A stretch of 64,000 nucleotides of DNA, taken from positions 2,108,001 to 2,172,000 of the forward strand of contig CDPCPM010000151.1 of NCBI GenBank assembly GCA_976551045.1, given 5' to 3'. The stretch comes from Glaucostegus cemiculus (lineage: Eukaryota). Of this stretch, positions 11,867 to 24,660 are shown in pieces (positions within the stretch are counted from its first letter, which is position 1; every line of letters starts with the position of its first letter). The position numbers were made by a program, and so were the translations under genes. The notes under the pieces were generated by a model, which was not told where the DNA came from, did not search any database, and worked only from the letters and a program-made list of their open reading frames with translations.

Positions 11867-12058
11867 CATAAAACATAGAACATAGAACAGTACTGCACAG
11901 GAACATGGCATCAGTGTTGACCATGATGCCAAACCAAACTCAGCCCATCTGTATGTACATGGTCAATAACCTTCCATTCCCACCTCTTCATGTGCCAGCA
12001 TAAGTGCCTCTTCAATGGTACTATTGTATCTGCCTCCAATGCCTCTTAAACATTGCTA
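11867..12058 (-). mobile_element. CR1 LINE 3' end
   Basis: (CATAGAA)n on plus equals the (TTCTATG)n tail; CR1 3' UTR and ORF2 end motifs. Confidence 0.7.
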
Positions 12059-12269
12059 TTCTTCGATTAGTGGACCATAACAAACTACCTTCCAGAGGGA
12101 TGTGTACTTCATCAGATTTTCAGCTTAGCTTGGTTTGAACGTGATATAAATTTGAAGGCAGAATAGGTTCTGTAGGTGGGAACAGGAAGGTACAGTATAA
12201 TGTAATGAGTCGTACAGCACAGATTCTCCAGAATAAAACCAGAGCTCATCAGGTTATATTATAACAGAA

Positions 12270-12790
12270 AGGTGCATCAATTTAGTTTATATTCCTTTCA
12301 GTTTAAGAGTTTTGGGTTGATCTAAACTGATGGAGAGATTCAAAAGCTATATGCACAGAAGTTAGGGGAACACAAGAAGTTCTGTCAATGCTGGAATCTG
12401 GAGCAATACATGAAAAGTGCTGGAGGAACTCAGCAGGTCAGGCAGCATCTATGGAGGGAAATAAACAGTCAACGTTATGCAGAAATTGTTTCTAGTGTGA
12501 GAATCCAGGATTAAGGGTAAACTCTTAAAATTAGAAATGGGAGGCATATTTTCTCACAAAGAATATAGGACTTTTGATACTCTTTCCCAAAAAAGTTGCT
12601 AACCAGACCCTCACAGAAGGAAACAGGGTTTCTGAAAGAAGCAAATCGACAAGTGTTACTGGTGAAGAATCCATTTGGGAAGATAATGATGGATTTGATT
12701 TTGATGAAACGATGAATCACAATTCTGATCTTTATTCAGGTCAGATCTGGGTTGTGGTCCCAAATAGTTTTTTCCTTTTCCTGAAAGTCC
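12270..12790 (+). mobile_element. Very degraded CR1 3' region interrupted by a Penelope-type fragment (about 12370-12477)
   Basis: Relics of ESRTRGHSLK / FFSQR..WNSLP; insert TGCTGGAGGAACTCAGCAGGTCAGGCAGCATCTATGGAGGGAAA. Confidence 0.55.
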
Positions 12791-13069
12791 ATCTCTGCTG
12801 CCCTGGTTTCCAATATAAGTCTGGAGAAGCAAGTGTGTCCCGGTATAGGCACACTTTGCTTCAGAATCCTGCAACCACTTCTTCAGTTGAAACCCACTTG
12901 CTTTCAGAGCTTCACCCACCACATAGTTTAGTTCACAGTTTGCACACAACTCCTGTATTGTGGAGGGTCGGGGCTGTCACGTGACAGCCCTGTCCAGCAC
13001 CTGGTCGAAAGACACACCACTGTCAATCAAGGCCTGGCTCCATCCCCACCCATCAGTGCACACCTGACG

Positions 13070-13205
13070 ATTGGTCTTCTCAGCACCTTTGTACTTGGCC
13101 TCAGGCCATTGGTCACTGGTGACCGATTAGTTCCTGCTGGCACCAGGCCATTGGCCCTTTCTAACTACTTGGATTGGACCACCCACAGGTCTCCAGCACT
13201 ATAAA
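13070..13205 (+). promoter_or_regulatory. LTR U3 promoter: four inverted CCAAT boxes then TATA
   Basis: ATTGG at 13070, 13108, 13150 and 13173; TATAAA at 13200. Activity unknown. Confidence 0.55.
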
Positions 13206-13463
13206 GAGTGCCCCATGTGCTAGTTCTGTCTCTTTGTTGTCCTGATGGAATCGTGCAACAACGCTTGTAGGCTGTGCACCTTGACTAGTTTAGAAACATC
13301 TTAAGTTAGGATTCCCAGGGGAGTGGAGCTGTGCCTGCATGGAGTCAAGGGGTGGTGGGTAGCATATTGCTTTTCCTTCATTGTTTGTATCCAATTTGTT
13401 GTGCGCATGTGTGTGTATTTTACCCTTGTTGCAATTTTCCCACGCTTACTATCACTGGTGCAC

Positions 13464-13503
13464 GTGGGTGTGTAGGTGTGGGTAGGTGTGGGTGTGCGTG
13501 TGG

Positions 13504-13540
<37 letters not shown>

Positions 13541-13563
13541 TGTGTGTCTGTGTGGGTGTGTGT
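13464..13563. repeat. Imperfect (TG)n microsatellite within the solo LTR
   Basis: Pure TG run about 13509-13538 with GGTGTG variants on both sides. Confidence 0.95.
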
Positions 13564-14649
13564 CACCCTGTTACCTTTTCCCTGTGTTTACATTTGTAAA
13601 TAAATCATTTAATTCTAAGGCTGAGTCCAGAATCTTTTACTTTTGAGACCTCGAACTTGTCTCACGACAACTCCTGAAATTAAATGTGGTTAATTTGCGC
13701 AACTGTGCAAAAGATGCACGAATCAGGCCACTTAGATAGAGGTTGTCACGCAGAGATCCCAGATAGCATGTGGCACGTCCTTTGCACCACTGTTTTAGTA
13801 CACACTATCATCTGATCTGAATTTCTGAGCCATTGTCGTTTCTCCCTCATAAATTCTGCCTGCTTCCTGTTGCAGGGATAATACATTTTCTGCATCAGGT
13901 TACATCATTCATTGTGGCTGCCACTGACACTCTAAACCCAACTAGGTTTTAATAGCACTGTTTACTTGCTGTTGTATTGGTGTGTTTTAAAGGGCACTTC
14001 CTGGAATGGTATCCAGACCAGTGCTGGCAACCCCACTCTGGAAGTTCCTCTTTAATGAATTTATCTCACTGTACCCCATCAGGTCCTCTACCGTACTCTT
14101 TACAGTACCAAATCCCACCATCTGCCTCTTACACCCACCTCCACCTACTCTGATCTCCAGGGCCAGAGACCATGATCAATTAATCAAGTCCCAAATCACA
14201 ACTGAAGCTACAACCCTCAACTTGAGGCCTCTGATTCAGGAGGGACTCTAGTGCTGGTTAATGACCAAAAGCTGCACCATCACCGATTACTGGCAGTCGC
14301 CTCTCACCTCAACTCTCTTTCTGATCCTGTATTCTACCACTCCCCCCTTTGGCTCTCTCTCTCCCAGTTACAGCATCTGCTTCCCAAAAGTGGCCTTGTA
14401 CCCACTGCAATCACAAGACTGATGTTCTATCCATTGCAGACTCTGCAATGGCACAGTGTATGAAGGGTCATCTTTCCTTGTTGAAGCCAGTTCAGCAGGA
14501 CCAGATGTTTTGGCCCTCAGGTGCTACTGAATCATACAGTGAAGATAAACATGCCTCTGTGGTTGCTCAATAATTTCTAGCCTATTAAATCCAACATAAG
14601 GACTGCTTGTACACACAACACCACTTGCTACTCCCCAGTCTTAACAATT

Positions 14650-14940
14650 TCACTTCCAAATCTTTCACTCATGACCTTGTTACCTCCTTGTCATGATTAT
14701 TGCAAAATTACCTTATAAGCCTCCCAACTAAGCCTTGCATAGATTCCAACATGTGCAGAATGCATTTCCCTGTATCCTCTCCCACTTATTCAACTTCCCC
14801 ATGCTCTACGCAGAACACTCTATGCAAAAGATGCATTTCACTGTGTGCTTCGATGTACATGTGACTAATGAAGATATCTTATCTTATCTTATCACTGACT
14901 TGCATTGGTTGCTGGTCCCTAGAGTATTAATTTAAACTTC
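14650..14940 (+). mobile_element. Ancient L2-clade LINE ORF2 C-terminal relic, split by a SINE tail
   Basis: Relics matching L2 motifs H..VTS.LDYC, FQHVQNA..IL and DLHWLLVP. Confidence 0.65.
14811..14893 (+). mobile_element. Type B SINE tail only, (TCTTA)n
   Basis: CAGAACACTCTATGCAAAAGATGCATTTCACTGTGTGCTTCGATGTACATGTGAC..(ATCTT)3. Confidence 0.88.
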
Positions 14941-17900
14941 AGTGGTCCAAAAGCCAGGAGAAGTGTGAAATAGCCTGCTAATTCACTATCACCCATTAGA
15001 TAATCCTTTACAAAGTCAAATTTGTCTCTATCTTTAAATCCCTGATGACCACTTCCAGCTTTACATCTTCTCCAATTAGCTTCAATCCACTAATTCAAGC
15101 ATTTTATATGTCTTCTAGAATTTGTGGACAGGAGCTCATATATCATAGCACCCACTCACTTACTCCCTCACCAAAACCTTTTGTCTATTTCTCCACCAAT
15201 TCCCCTTTAATGCATTTGCAGTACTTGTCTTTCATTGAGTTTTTGGTCATCACTTTCAAACTCTCCCTGTTTGTACAGTCTCCATTTTCTGGTCTCTGTC
15301 AGCTTGGAATATATTTTAATGTAAATCGTTATTTAAATCCAGGTATTGTTTCTACTCAGAAATAGATTTTTCTTGAACTCCTAGCTAACTCCTGGCACAA
15401 GTACAACATAGAGATTCTCATTGATAGCACTAAACCTCCCTCACCAGGAGCTCTCTCTTATGGCAGAACATTTTTTGTCCACAATCAGCTTTGTAATCTT
15501 TAAATAATACTGTGAATGAAGTATCAATTAGACATGAATTATTTACATTGGACCTGTGTTCAATTGAATTTTATAACAAGATTACACAAATTCATTGCAC
15601 TTACCACCTGGAGAAAGGGAAGGACTTTCCATTCCATTCAATTATTACTTCTCCTTCATTTAGAAGCGATAAGATAGAGTCCTAATGCACTGTACCAAAT
15701 GATGCCTTGTCTTGTCTGCTCTTTGATTCTACTGTAGTTCTTCTGATACGCAAAATGTTAGGATAGGCAATTCTCTGATACCATGTGTGGTACCCATTAA
15801 ACGCTTTGCTATATATCTTCATCGGTCGTTAAAATGTTCATCAACAAATTGGACAGATTTTCTGTAAAAAAAAATGCCTGCCGAGTTACTCTGATAGAAT
15901 TAGTCACTGCTTGTCATGTAAAATAGCTAACTTAATTTGAAGAGGTTGATTGAGTATACTTGAACAACATGATATAGTTTGGAACAAAATCAATTTAATA
16001 GACCTATGCCAATTGTACATACTTTAAAATGAAGGAGCTGAAGCAATCTTGCACTATGATTTTCAAACTCATTCTGGCAATCTTTATGATGGACTCGCTT
16101 GGCTAAGCTTTGATGTTTGATGTGACTTAATTTATGAAAGGATGAATGGCTTTTCCTTCTATTGCCTCATCAATCAATTTTTATTACAGTCCATGAGTCA
16201 AAACTTTTAAACACAATCTTTTCAGAACCAGAAGCTTTAAGTGTTGAGAATTAAAACGGATTAAGAGATAAAGTTATCCCTTATCAGTATCTTAGATTCA
16301 AATTTGATTCCTCTGGATGTTAGATGTGTTTTTAATAATGACCAACCGTAATCGTATAAGTTATGTTGCTAACTCCACATGAAGGATGATGCTTGTAATT
16401 GTCAAAGGACAATGAATGCAGCCCCAAGGACGGGTAGAACAAGAGTTCCTTTGTAAAACTACTTCTTCAATATCCTTTCTTTTTTCATAAATATTGAGCT
16501 CTTAATTATCCACTCATCATCTCCATTTATTACACTCCAGTCATGAAATAGCCTCAGCTGGTCTAAAACTGGACCTTGGTCAAAAACTGTCTGGTAAAAT
16601 TTGTGCTTTATAAATAGCAATCCAAGAATATCAAACCTGAGAAAGCCCAATTATTATCCACAACTTTTAATGTCACCAACATTGTGGCACCCTTCATTGT
16701 CTAGGAGGCTTAGTTCAGTTTGATAAAATATTCAACATATTCTCAAATAGATACCACGGCCATTTCCAATTCAGAGCAGTCTGCTGGATGGACCACCTTT
16801 AAGGAATTCTCCTTGTTTTTGAGCAGTCGCCTGGCAAATCTGCTTTGAGCTGCAAATAGATGTGAGGGGCTGGACAATCACAGGATAAAGACATCTTGGA
16901 AGCCACTGGCATTTATCGGTGGTCTTGGGCTTGCTTGGTTGCTGTATGCATACAGCCAATGATCCACCACATCTGTAGTAAGACAGCTGGAGTCTGTAGA
17001 GGAAATCTGCTCATTCTGACCAGGATTCTTGGAGGAAAGATAAGACATAATCAGCACCCCAGGCAAACTAGCCATCAGTCATATGACTTTGCTTTTACGT
17101 GTCACTGGCTATAAGATCCTGCTGAGTGTTTTCAGCATTTTATTTCAGGAAACTTAAGCTATTCACAATTTTCCAACTATATCTAAAACAGACAATCCAT
17201 GAGCAAAAACATCAGCTCAATAATTCCACTGCTTTTGCTGTTTATTTCAAAAGGTGATTCTATTAATTTACTACCAACACAAGTCCACAGCGGCTGCATT
17301 TCCCTTCACTGCTGAAATATTATTTTATGCAGAAGCTTACAGTTCCCACATCCCTATAGGAATGTGATTTGTTACAAGTGTTGTGGGAAGGCAAAGGCAC
17401 AGGTATCTTTGTGAAATGAATTCATCTTCAAAATTTCATCAGTGCATTTTTAGAAGTTCTTTCTTTCCTTCCACGACAAGGTTGTGGATTTGATTTGAGC
17501 TATCTGAGGAAAGGTTACAAATTGTGATAGCAAATTCTGAATGAACTTAAAATGGGTTAAATTGCTCAGCTAATCAACCTCAAAATGCAATTGAGTATTT
17601 CCAAAACACCTAGATATTATTGAAATTGTACGCAAGGTTGGCATCTAAAGTCAATGACAAATTCTACCTCAAATGTTGTGTTCCAATCTGTTTAACTGTT
17701 GTCTAACCAGGTGATTCTCTAACACACTTTCTTTAACTACTTACAACAACTTTATTGATAATCGAGTTTTCAGAATGCCCAAAAGGCATCAGGCAAGCCT
17801 GAAATCATGCTCTCAGAACACCAAATATGCAGAGGATTTGTGATGCTGTATTCTACTTAAGTCAAGATCTTTATAGCCAGCTTACACATTTATCCATTTG

Positions 17901-18817
17901 CTCTATGTGCACATACATATGAACAGTTTTATGGTAATTTCTTTGTAGATCATTGAATTGCTCATCAAAACTAGAGAGATAGAACAACCATTTGCACCAC
18001 TCTGAGCTTCAGCCTAGCCAGAAAGCCCATGGAGTATTTGGGAACAAATACATAACTGGACATTTCAGTTGAAATAATCAGGGAATGTTCAACTGTCTTT
18101 CCATTGAGACTTTAAATGAGATCCTTGTCTGTTCTCTGAGGTGGCCCACATCTCTGGGTCAATCCAGCCCAATTCCAGATTGGTTTAGCTATGACCAGTG
18201 AAGACTCAAGTTATGTAGCCCCTTACAGTGGAGTGCTTTGATGGCTAGTTTAGTCACTCCCTCAGGCTGAACTGGCTGTAAAGACTGTTACACAGCTCAA
18301 AAGTTTGCAAAAGTCGATTAAAAAAAACCAACTTAATGCATTTAAATTAAACCATAAATGTGTAAGTTACTTGAAATTTACTTTCCGCTTCTGGTTTCCT
18401 AGTGTAATTACATGAGGAGTCCAAGACTTAAGTATGGTAAGTAATGAGGAACTCACAAGAACTTTGGGAAATCCACATTCATACACGTCTGTATGGGAGT
18501 CCTGAACTTCCTGATGGATGCATTGGGAAATGCCAACAGTTGCACATGGATCTATGGTCCTTCCTCAAGGAAACCTAGGCTATTACATGGTTATGGTTGC
18601 TTAGCTTTTAGATGGAGGATCCTATGTGCAAATTAGCTCCTAGATTTCTGCTACATGCTAAACTTGTCCTTAAGATAATCTAAGGACCCAAGCTTCTTCA
18701 ATCTATTGAAATAATTTATAGTTAGCAACATATTCCATTTCTTTAACAATTTTATTTGGCATGGTTAAATTATCCTTGCCTATTTTTTTTTGTAAATAGC
18801 TGCAACTTATTCCTCTC

Positions 18818-18977
18818 TGTAGCACATGGAATAAATGTGAAGTTAGTGTATGATATTTGATGGCTTGTGCACAGTTTAAGAAAGTCTTGAATAAATCATG
18901 CACACCTTTTAGAGCTCCTCATGTTTCCTGCATATTATTCTGTACATTCTGCATGTTACTTTATGAAAACCTCATCA
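18818..18977 (+). repeat. 5' LTR of ancient Gypsy element
   Basis: 18865-18974 aligns to 24721-24834 (AAATCA..CCTTTTA.AG..CATGTT..CATATT..TGTA.ATTCTGCATGTTAC); followed by PBS-like TGATGACGA. Left edge uncertain. Confidence 0.7.
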
Positions 18978-20768
18978 TGATGACGATAAGGAAGGGCTGA
19001 AGCTGCCGGAGGTAGGGGAGTCATTGAAGGCAATCATGTTCTGAATACTCAAATGGTTGGTTTACCGCACTGTAACTTAAGCTTGCAGATTGGGAGTGGT
19101 GGGACTTGAGTTTAGACTATATACATGAAAATTGAAGGCTGATGTTGGTGATCATTAAGCCTTGGAGGAATGGTATGGAAGGCAGCACACAGCCATTCCA
19201 GCTACATTGGAAGCTTGGATTCTAGGTGCAGGATTTCTTCAGCGCTCAAGTAAAGTTGGTGGTGATCTTCCTCAGGACAAGCAATACTGGTGTAATTGAG
19301 GGTGGAATCAAAGCAGGTGCCTTTACAAAGGGAAGCCATGCAAAAAACATAAGAAAACAACTCACTAACAGAGAGAGGCTCAGTCACATATGACACTTCA
19401 GCAGATCTTCAGGTACTATTCAGGACAAAAAAAGATGTTTCATTTGATGAGATAATAGGGAAGTTACAGAATCCCAGACCCTCAGCAACTGTAGAAAGTT
19501 ACAAGTTTTGAACCAGAAACCAAAGGTCAGATGAGACCATTAGTGATCCTATAATGGCATTAAAGCATCACAAATATGGTTCTTTCCTGAACCATGTGAT
19601 GAGGAAAAAAATTTAATGTGGGTTAACAAGGAAACAGATTTAATCCTGATTATTAAATAAGATTTGTCTGTAAGTCTTCTGTTTTTCCCTCCCTCAGCAT
19701 CATGGTTCAGCCTTTGTCAGTTTTTAAAGCAGCAGTGGCTGCACCATTATCAGAAACCTGGTATAATCTTGCATTATGCCTGGGGAAGTTTGAAGTTCAG
19801 TGATAGTACCAGGTTTCCCAGCCTTAGCAGTGGCCTGACCCTTCATCTTGATCAGTTGTAGATGAATTGTGACAACACTAAAGCCCAAATGTACTTCTTT
19901 CAGCACAAATACTTATTTACTCTTCTGGTGCAATACAACACTGCCCATCCAGTGAAGCTTGTACTGTTGGTTGTGGAGTTATGGAAGTAAGGCATGTTAA
20001 GTCATGTTATGGACAACATTCAGGAAAAGCCTATTGTGCACACCTAGAAAGACCAAGAAGGGCAATGCTCAGATAGATAAGGAACTATTGGCAGTCATAT
20101 TTGGATCGCAGTTCTATATCCAGTTCTTGTTATGTAGGTCATCTACCCCAAATATTTGTTGACCATTCTTGGACACAACCTCATAATTGCTATAATAGCA
20201 GCCTCAGTAATGCAGAAGTTGACCATCTTTTTGATGCAATATGGTTATGGTGTTGAATATTACAATGGATACATTAAGGTTGCCTTATGAAAACTATGAT
20301 ATAAACTTGGAAAATGCTACAGGCATTCTACTGGCTGCATTGGATTGTGCTTCCAGAGCAGCAGCAGAGGTAACAAGATTGATGCAGCAGGATCCAGCAT
20401 TAAAGCACATCTAAGAGTATAATTTGACTAGAAGTTATGTTTGGATGAGCATACAAAGTCTTTCTGTCACCGATGTTCCGAACTCTCTACAGATCAGGGT
20501 TGCATCAAATGGGCTCACAGATAGTTATACTTAAAGAGCTACACAGCAGAATAAAGGAAGAATTTCATTTGGAACACTTGCACATTTTTCATATGAAGGC
20601 AGCAGCTCGTAGCTTCATATTTTAACAGCATAGACAGAAATTTGGAGGATCTAGTCACCAAATGAACAGTCTGCCACAAGTTCACATTATACCCATTGAT
20701 CACACCCCACCAAATGAATGTCTACAATGAAGGCATTCCAGTAAATGAAAAAGATATAGGGAACTTCC

Positions 20769-20923
20769 TGGGATATACCCCAGGTTACTATGGGATGCAA
20801 GGGAAGAGATCGCTGGGCCATTGACAGTGATATTTGCATCCTCCCTGGCCACAGGAGTGGTACCAGAGGATTGGAGGATGGCAAATGTTGTTCCATTATT
20901 CAAGAAAAGTAATAAGGATAACC
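20769..20923 (+). mobile_element. Isolated internal CR1 ORF2 fragment
   Basis: About 10 mismatches over about 155 bp versus 21206-21360; no 3' tail. Confidence 0.85.
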
Positions 20924-22333
20924 AATAAGAATAGATTAAGGTAAAGCAGATGGAGTCATACACCACCACTGAATCCATCAGAGAGGAACTCAGATCCATT
21001 TTCATGATGCATAGTCCTCCCAAAGAAACAGATGGAACCCAATTTTAAACATTTCAGTTTGAACAGTTTGTGAAACAAAATGGTATCAGACATTGTTTTA
21101 TATCTTCTTCCTGTCCAGACTAAAATGAAAAAGCTCGAGGTTAAGAAAGAGCCAGTGTTGGAGCTTCTGAGAAACATTAGGATAGATAAGTCCCTGAGGC
21201 TAGATGGGATATACCCCAGGTTACTATGGAATGCAAGGGAAGAGATTGCTGGGGTATTGAAAGTGATATTTGCATCCTCCCTGGCCACAGAAGTGGTACC
21301 AGAGGACTGGAGGATGGTAAATGTTGTTCCATTATTCAAGAAAAGTAATAGGGATAATCCTGGAAATTATAAACCAGTGAGTCTTACGTCAGTGGTGGGC
21401 AAACTATTGGAGATGATTCTTAGGGACAGCATTTACAAGCGTTTGGAGAAGCATAGTCTTATTAGCGATAGTCAGCATGACTTTGTGAGGGGCAGGTCGT
21501 GCATCGTGAGCCTGAGCTTTGTGAGGAGGTGTCAAAACAAACTGATGAAGGTCAAGCAGAGGATGTTGTGTATATGGATTTTAGTAAGGCATTTGACAAA
21601 GTTCCCCATGGTAGGCTCACCTAGAAAGTCAGGAGGCATGGAATCTATTGAAACTTTGCTGCATGGATTCGGAATTGGCTTGCTCACAGAAGGCAGAGGG
21701 TGGTAGTAGATGGAGTGTGTTTTGCCTGGAGGTTAGTGACTATTGGTGTTCCACAGGGATCTGTTCTGGGACCCCTACTCTTTGTGATTTTTATAAATGA
21801 CTTGGATGAAGAAGTGGAAGGATCGGTTAGTAAGTTTTCAGATGACACTAAAGTTGGTGGTGTTGTGGATAGTGTGGAAGGTCATAGTTTACAATAGGAT
21901 ATAGATAGGATGCAGAACTGGGTGGAGAATTGGCAGATGGAGTTCAATCTAGAGAAGTGTTTAGTGATACACTTTGGAAGATTGAAACTGAAGGCAGAGT
22001 ACAAGGTTAATGGTAGGATTCTTAGCAGTGTGGAGGAACAGAGGGATCTTGGGTCTAAGTACATGGATCCCTCAAAGTTGTCATGCAAATTGATAGGGTG
22101 GTTAAGAAGGCCTATGGTGTGCTGGCCTTCACTATTTGGGAAGTTGAGTTCAAGAGCAGTGAGGTAACGTTGCAGCTTTATAAAACCCTGGTTAGACAAC
22201 ACTTGGAATATTGTGTTCAGTTCTGGTCACCTCATTATTGGAAGGATGTGGAAGCTTTGGAGCGGGTACAGAGGAGATTTACCAAGATGCGGCCTGAATT
22301 AGAGAACATGTCTTATGAAGAAAGGTTGTGCCA

Positions 22334-23467
22334 ATAGAACCATAGAACCATAGAACCATACAGCACAAAACAAGCCCTTCGGCCCACCAAGTTGTGCCAT
22401 CCTTCAAACGTCTCACAATCTAACTCTTTCCTCCCACATATCCTACTATTCCACATTCTTCCATGTGCCTATCTAACAATCTCTTGAACCTGTCCAATGT
22501 ATCTGCCCCTACTACCACCCCAGGCAGCGCATTCCATGTGCCAACCAATCTCTGGGTGAAAAACTTCCCTCTGACATCTCCCCTAAACTTTCCACCCAAT
22601 ATCTTAAAGCCATGCCCTCTCGTCTTGTGCATCTGTGCTCTGGGAAAGAGGCGCTGGCTGTCAACACTATCTATTCCTCTCAATATCTTATACACCTCTA
22701 TCAAGTCCCCTCTCATCCTCCTCCTCTCCAACGAGTAGAGCCCTAGCACCTTAAGCCTCTCCTCATATTCCATACCCTCTAATCCAGGCATCATCCTGGT
22801 AAATCGCCTCTGTACCCTCTCCAACGCCTTCACATCCTTCCTATAATGCGGCGACCAGAACTGAACACAATATTCTAAGTGCGGCCAAACTAGAGTTTTG
22901 TAAAGCAGCATCATCACCTCTCTGCTCTTGAACTCAATCCCACGATTTATAAAAGCTAACATCCCATAAACCTTCTTAACTGCCCCATCCAGCTGCGAGG
23001 CAACTTTGAGTGAACTGTGGATATGAACCCCCAGATCCCTCTGCTCCTCTACACTGCCAAGTACCTTACCATTTACCTCATACTCTGCCCTGGAGTTTGT
23101 CCTTCCAAAGTGCACCACCTCACACTTCTCTGGATTAAACTCCATCTGCCACCTGTCCGCCCAGCTCTGCATCCTATCAATATCTCTCTGTAAGCTGACA
23201 GTCCTCCACACCATCCACCACACCGCCGATCTTGGTGTCATCCGCAAACTTACCAACCCATCCTTCTACTCCTTCATCTAAGACATCTATAAATATAACA
23301 AAGAGTAGCGGTCCCAGAACTGATCCCTGTGGGACACCACTAGTCACAGCCCTCCAATCCGAGGGCACTCCCTCCACCACAACCCTCTACTTTCTACAGG
23401 AAAGCCAATTCCTGATCCACACAACCAAACTCCCCTGGATGCCTCGACCTCTGACCTTCTGAAGAAG
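22334..23467 (-). mobile_element. Younger antisense CR1 3' fragment with (ATGGTTCT)n tail, probable 4-bp TSD GCCA
   Basis: ORFs 23177-23380 (FADD) and 22420-23256 separated by one frameshift; GCCA at 22330-22333 and 23468-23471. Confidence 0.93.
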
Positions 23468-23802
23468 GCCAGTCAGAGCTTTTCTCTTTGGAGTGAAGAA
23501 GGATCAGAGGTGACTTGATAGAGGTGCAAAAGATTATGAGAGACATAGACAGAGTAGATAGCCAGTACCTTTTTCACCAATGGCAATGGCCAATACCAGA
23601 GGACATCCATTTCAGGTGAGTGGAGGAAAGTTTAGAGGAGATGTCAGAGGTAGGTTTTTTACACAGTGGTGGGTGCCTGGAACACACCGCCAGGGTGATG
23701 GTAGAAGTTGATACAATAGAGACATTTAAGAGACTCTTAGATAGGCACATGGATGTAAGAAAAATGGAGTGTTATGGGCTGTGTAGGAGGGAAGGGTTAG
23801 AT

Positions 23803-23931
23803 AAGATAAAAGATAAGATACCTTTATTAGTTACATGTACATTGAAACACACTGTGAAATGATCTTTTGCGTAGAGTGTTCTATGGGCAGCCCACAAGTG
23901 TCACCACCCTTCTGGCACCAACATAGCAACA
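23803..23931 (-). mobile_element. Type B SINE 3' fragment inside CR1 3' UTR
   Basis: Reverse complement of the type B tail with (TAAGA)n; TAGAT at 23798-23802 and 23932-23936. Confidence 0.85.
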
Positions 23932-24660
23932 TAGATGGATTGTGCAGTAGGTTTATATAGATCAGCACAACATTATGGGCCAAAGTGCCCATACAGTGCT
24001 GTATTATTTTATGTTCTATCTGTACAGCCAGTGAAAAAGGCACTAAGAAGCAAGTGATGGAAGGGAGATCAGGTCTCACCAAGAGGAATTAACACACAGA
24101 TTTTGTTCTGAACTACGATCATGCCACTGCAGGGTACACAGAAGACTTAGGACACATTCTCAGTCTGGTTCATCTAAATCTAGAAGGAAAAGTAGTTGAG
24201 ACAGCAAACATGTGATAAAGAGAAAAGATTCAAATTACAAAACAAGGTTTCCTTACTCAGATCTCCAGGCAGGTTGGAGATGCAGAAAGGATATGAGAAA
24301 TTGTGCTGATATTTTGTTCTGAGAATTATCTTGGTGCCAGAATAAAAAAGTTTCACATAGTGCACTTGATCACAGTACAAGAAGCCTAAGAAAATTGTGA
24401 AGAAAATTTGAATTTGAATATACTCCTGAAGCAAGTCTTACAATGGTTGTAAAGGAATTGTCACAGAACATCACTGAAGGGAGTCAAAAAGTGATGCCTT
24501 CAATAAGCCCAGTGACGAATGCCACATTACTTACAAGATCAATGCAAGTGACATCAGGACTGTTAGTGGTTGAAGTGAATTCAAGACCTAGATAATAGGT
24601 TAAACCTATATATTTGTAAATATTGTTAAGCTAATTTCTATCTTCCTTTTAAACAAGGAA

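Larger units (their letters stand above)
12954..13669 (+). mobile_element. Solo LTR (716 bp) with 5-bp TSD
   Basis: Begins TGT, ends ACA; ACTCC at 12949-12953 and 13670-13674; TATAAA 13200-13205; AATAAA 13599-13604; GC-richer than flanks. Confidence 0.85.
21135..24019 (+). mobile_element. 5'-truncated CR1 LINE inserted in Gypsy integrase, itself interrupted twice
   Basis: RT motifs [36 protein letters not shown]; segments 21135-22333, 23468-23802, 23932-24019; ends ATGTTCTAT; frameshifted. Confidence 0.92.

Noticed and set aside
12574-12984. 136-aa ORF with an acidic exon-like stretch (EESIWEDNDGFDFDE)
   Set aside because: It continues directly from a decayed CR1 ORF2 end and follows the layout of a CR1 3' UTR; the ORF then runs into the solo LTR.
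13331-13603. Cys/Val-rich 90-aa ORF
   Set aside because: Translation of the (TG)n microsatellite.
15738-15863. Open 42-codon block after a plus acceptor, with a strong minus acceptor at its other end
   Set aside because: Weak plus donor; minus frames close quickly; compatible with chance.
16771-17115. GC-richer block with three overlapping short ORFs
   Set aside because: Possibly a very old RTE-type LINE relic, but motif similarity is too weak to call.
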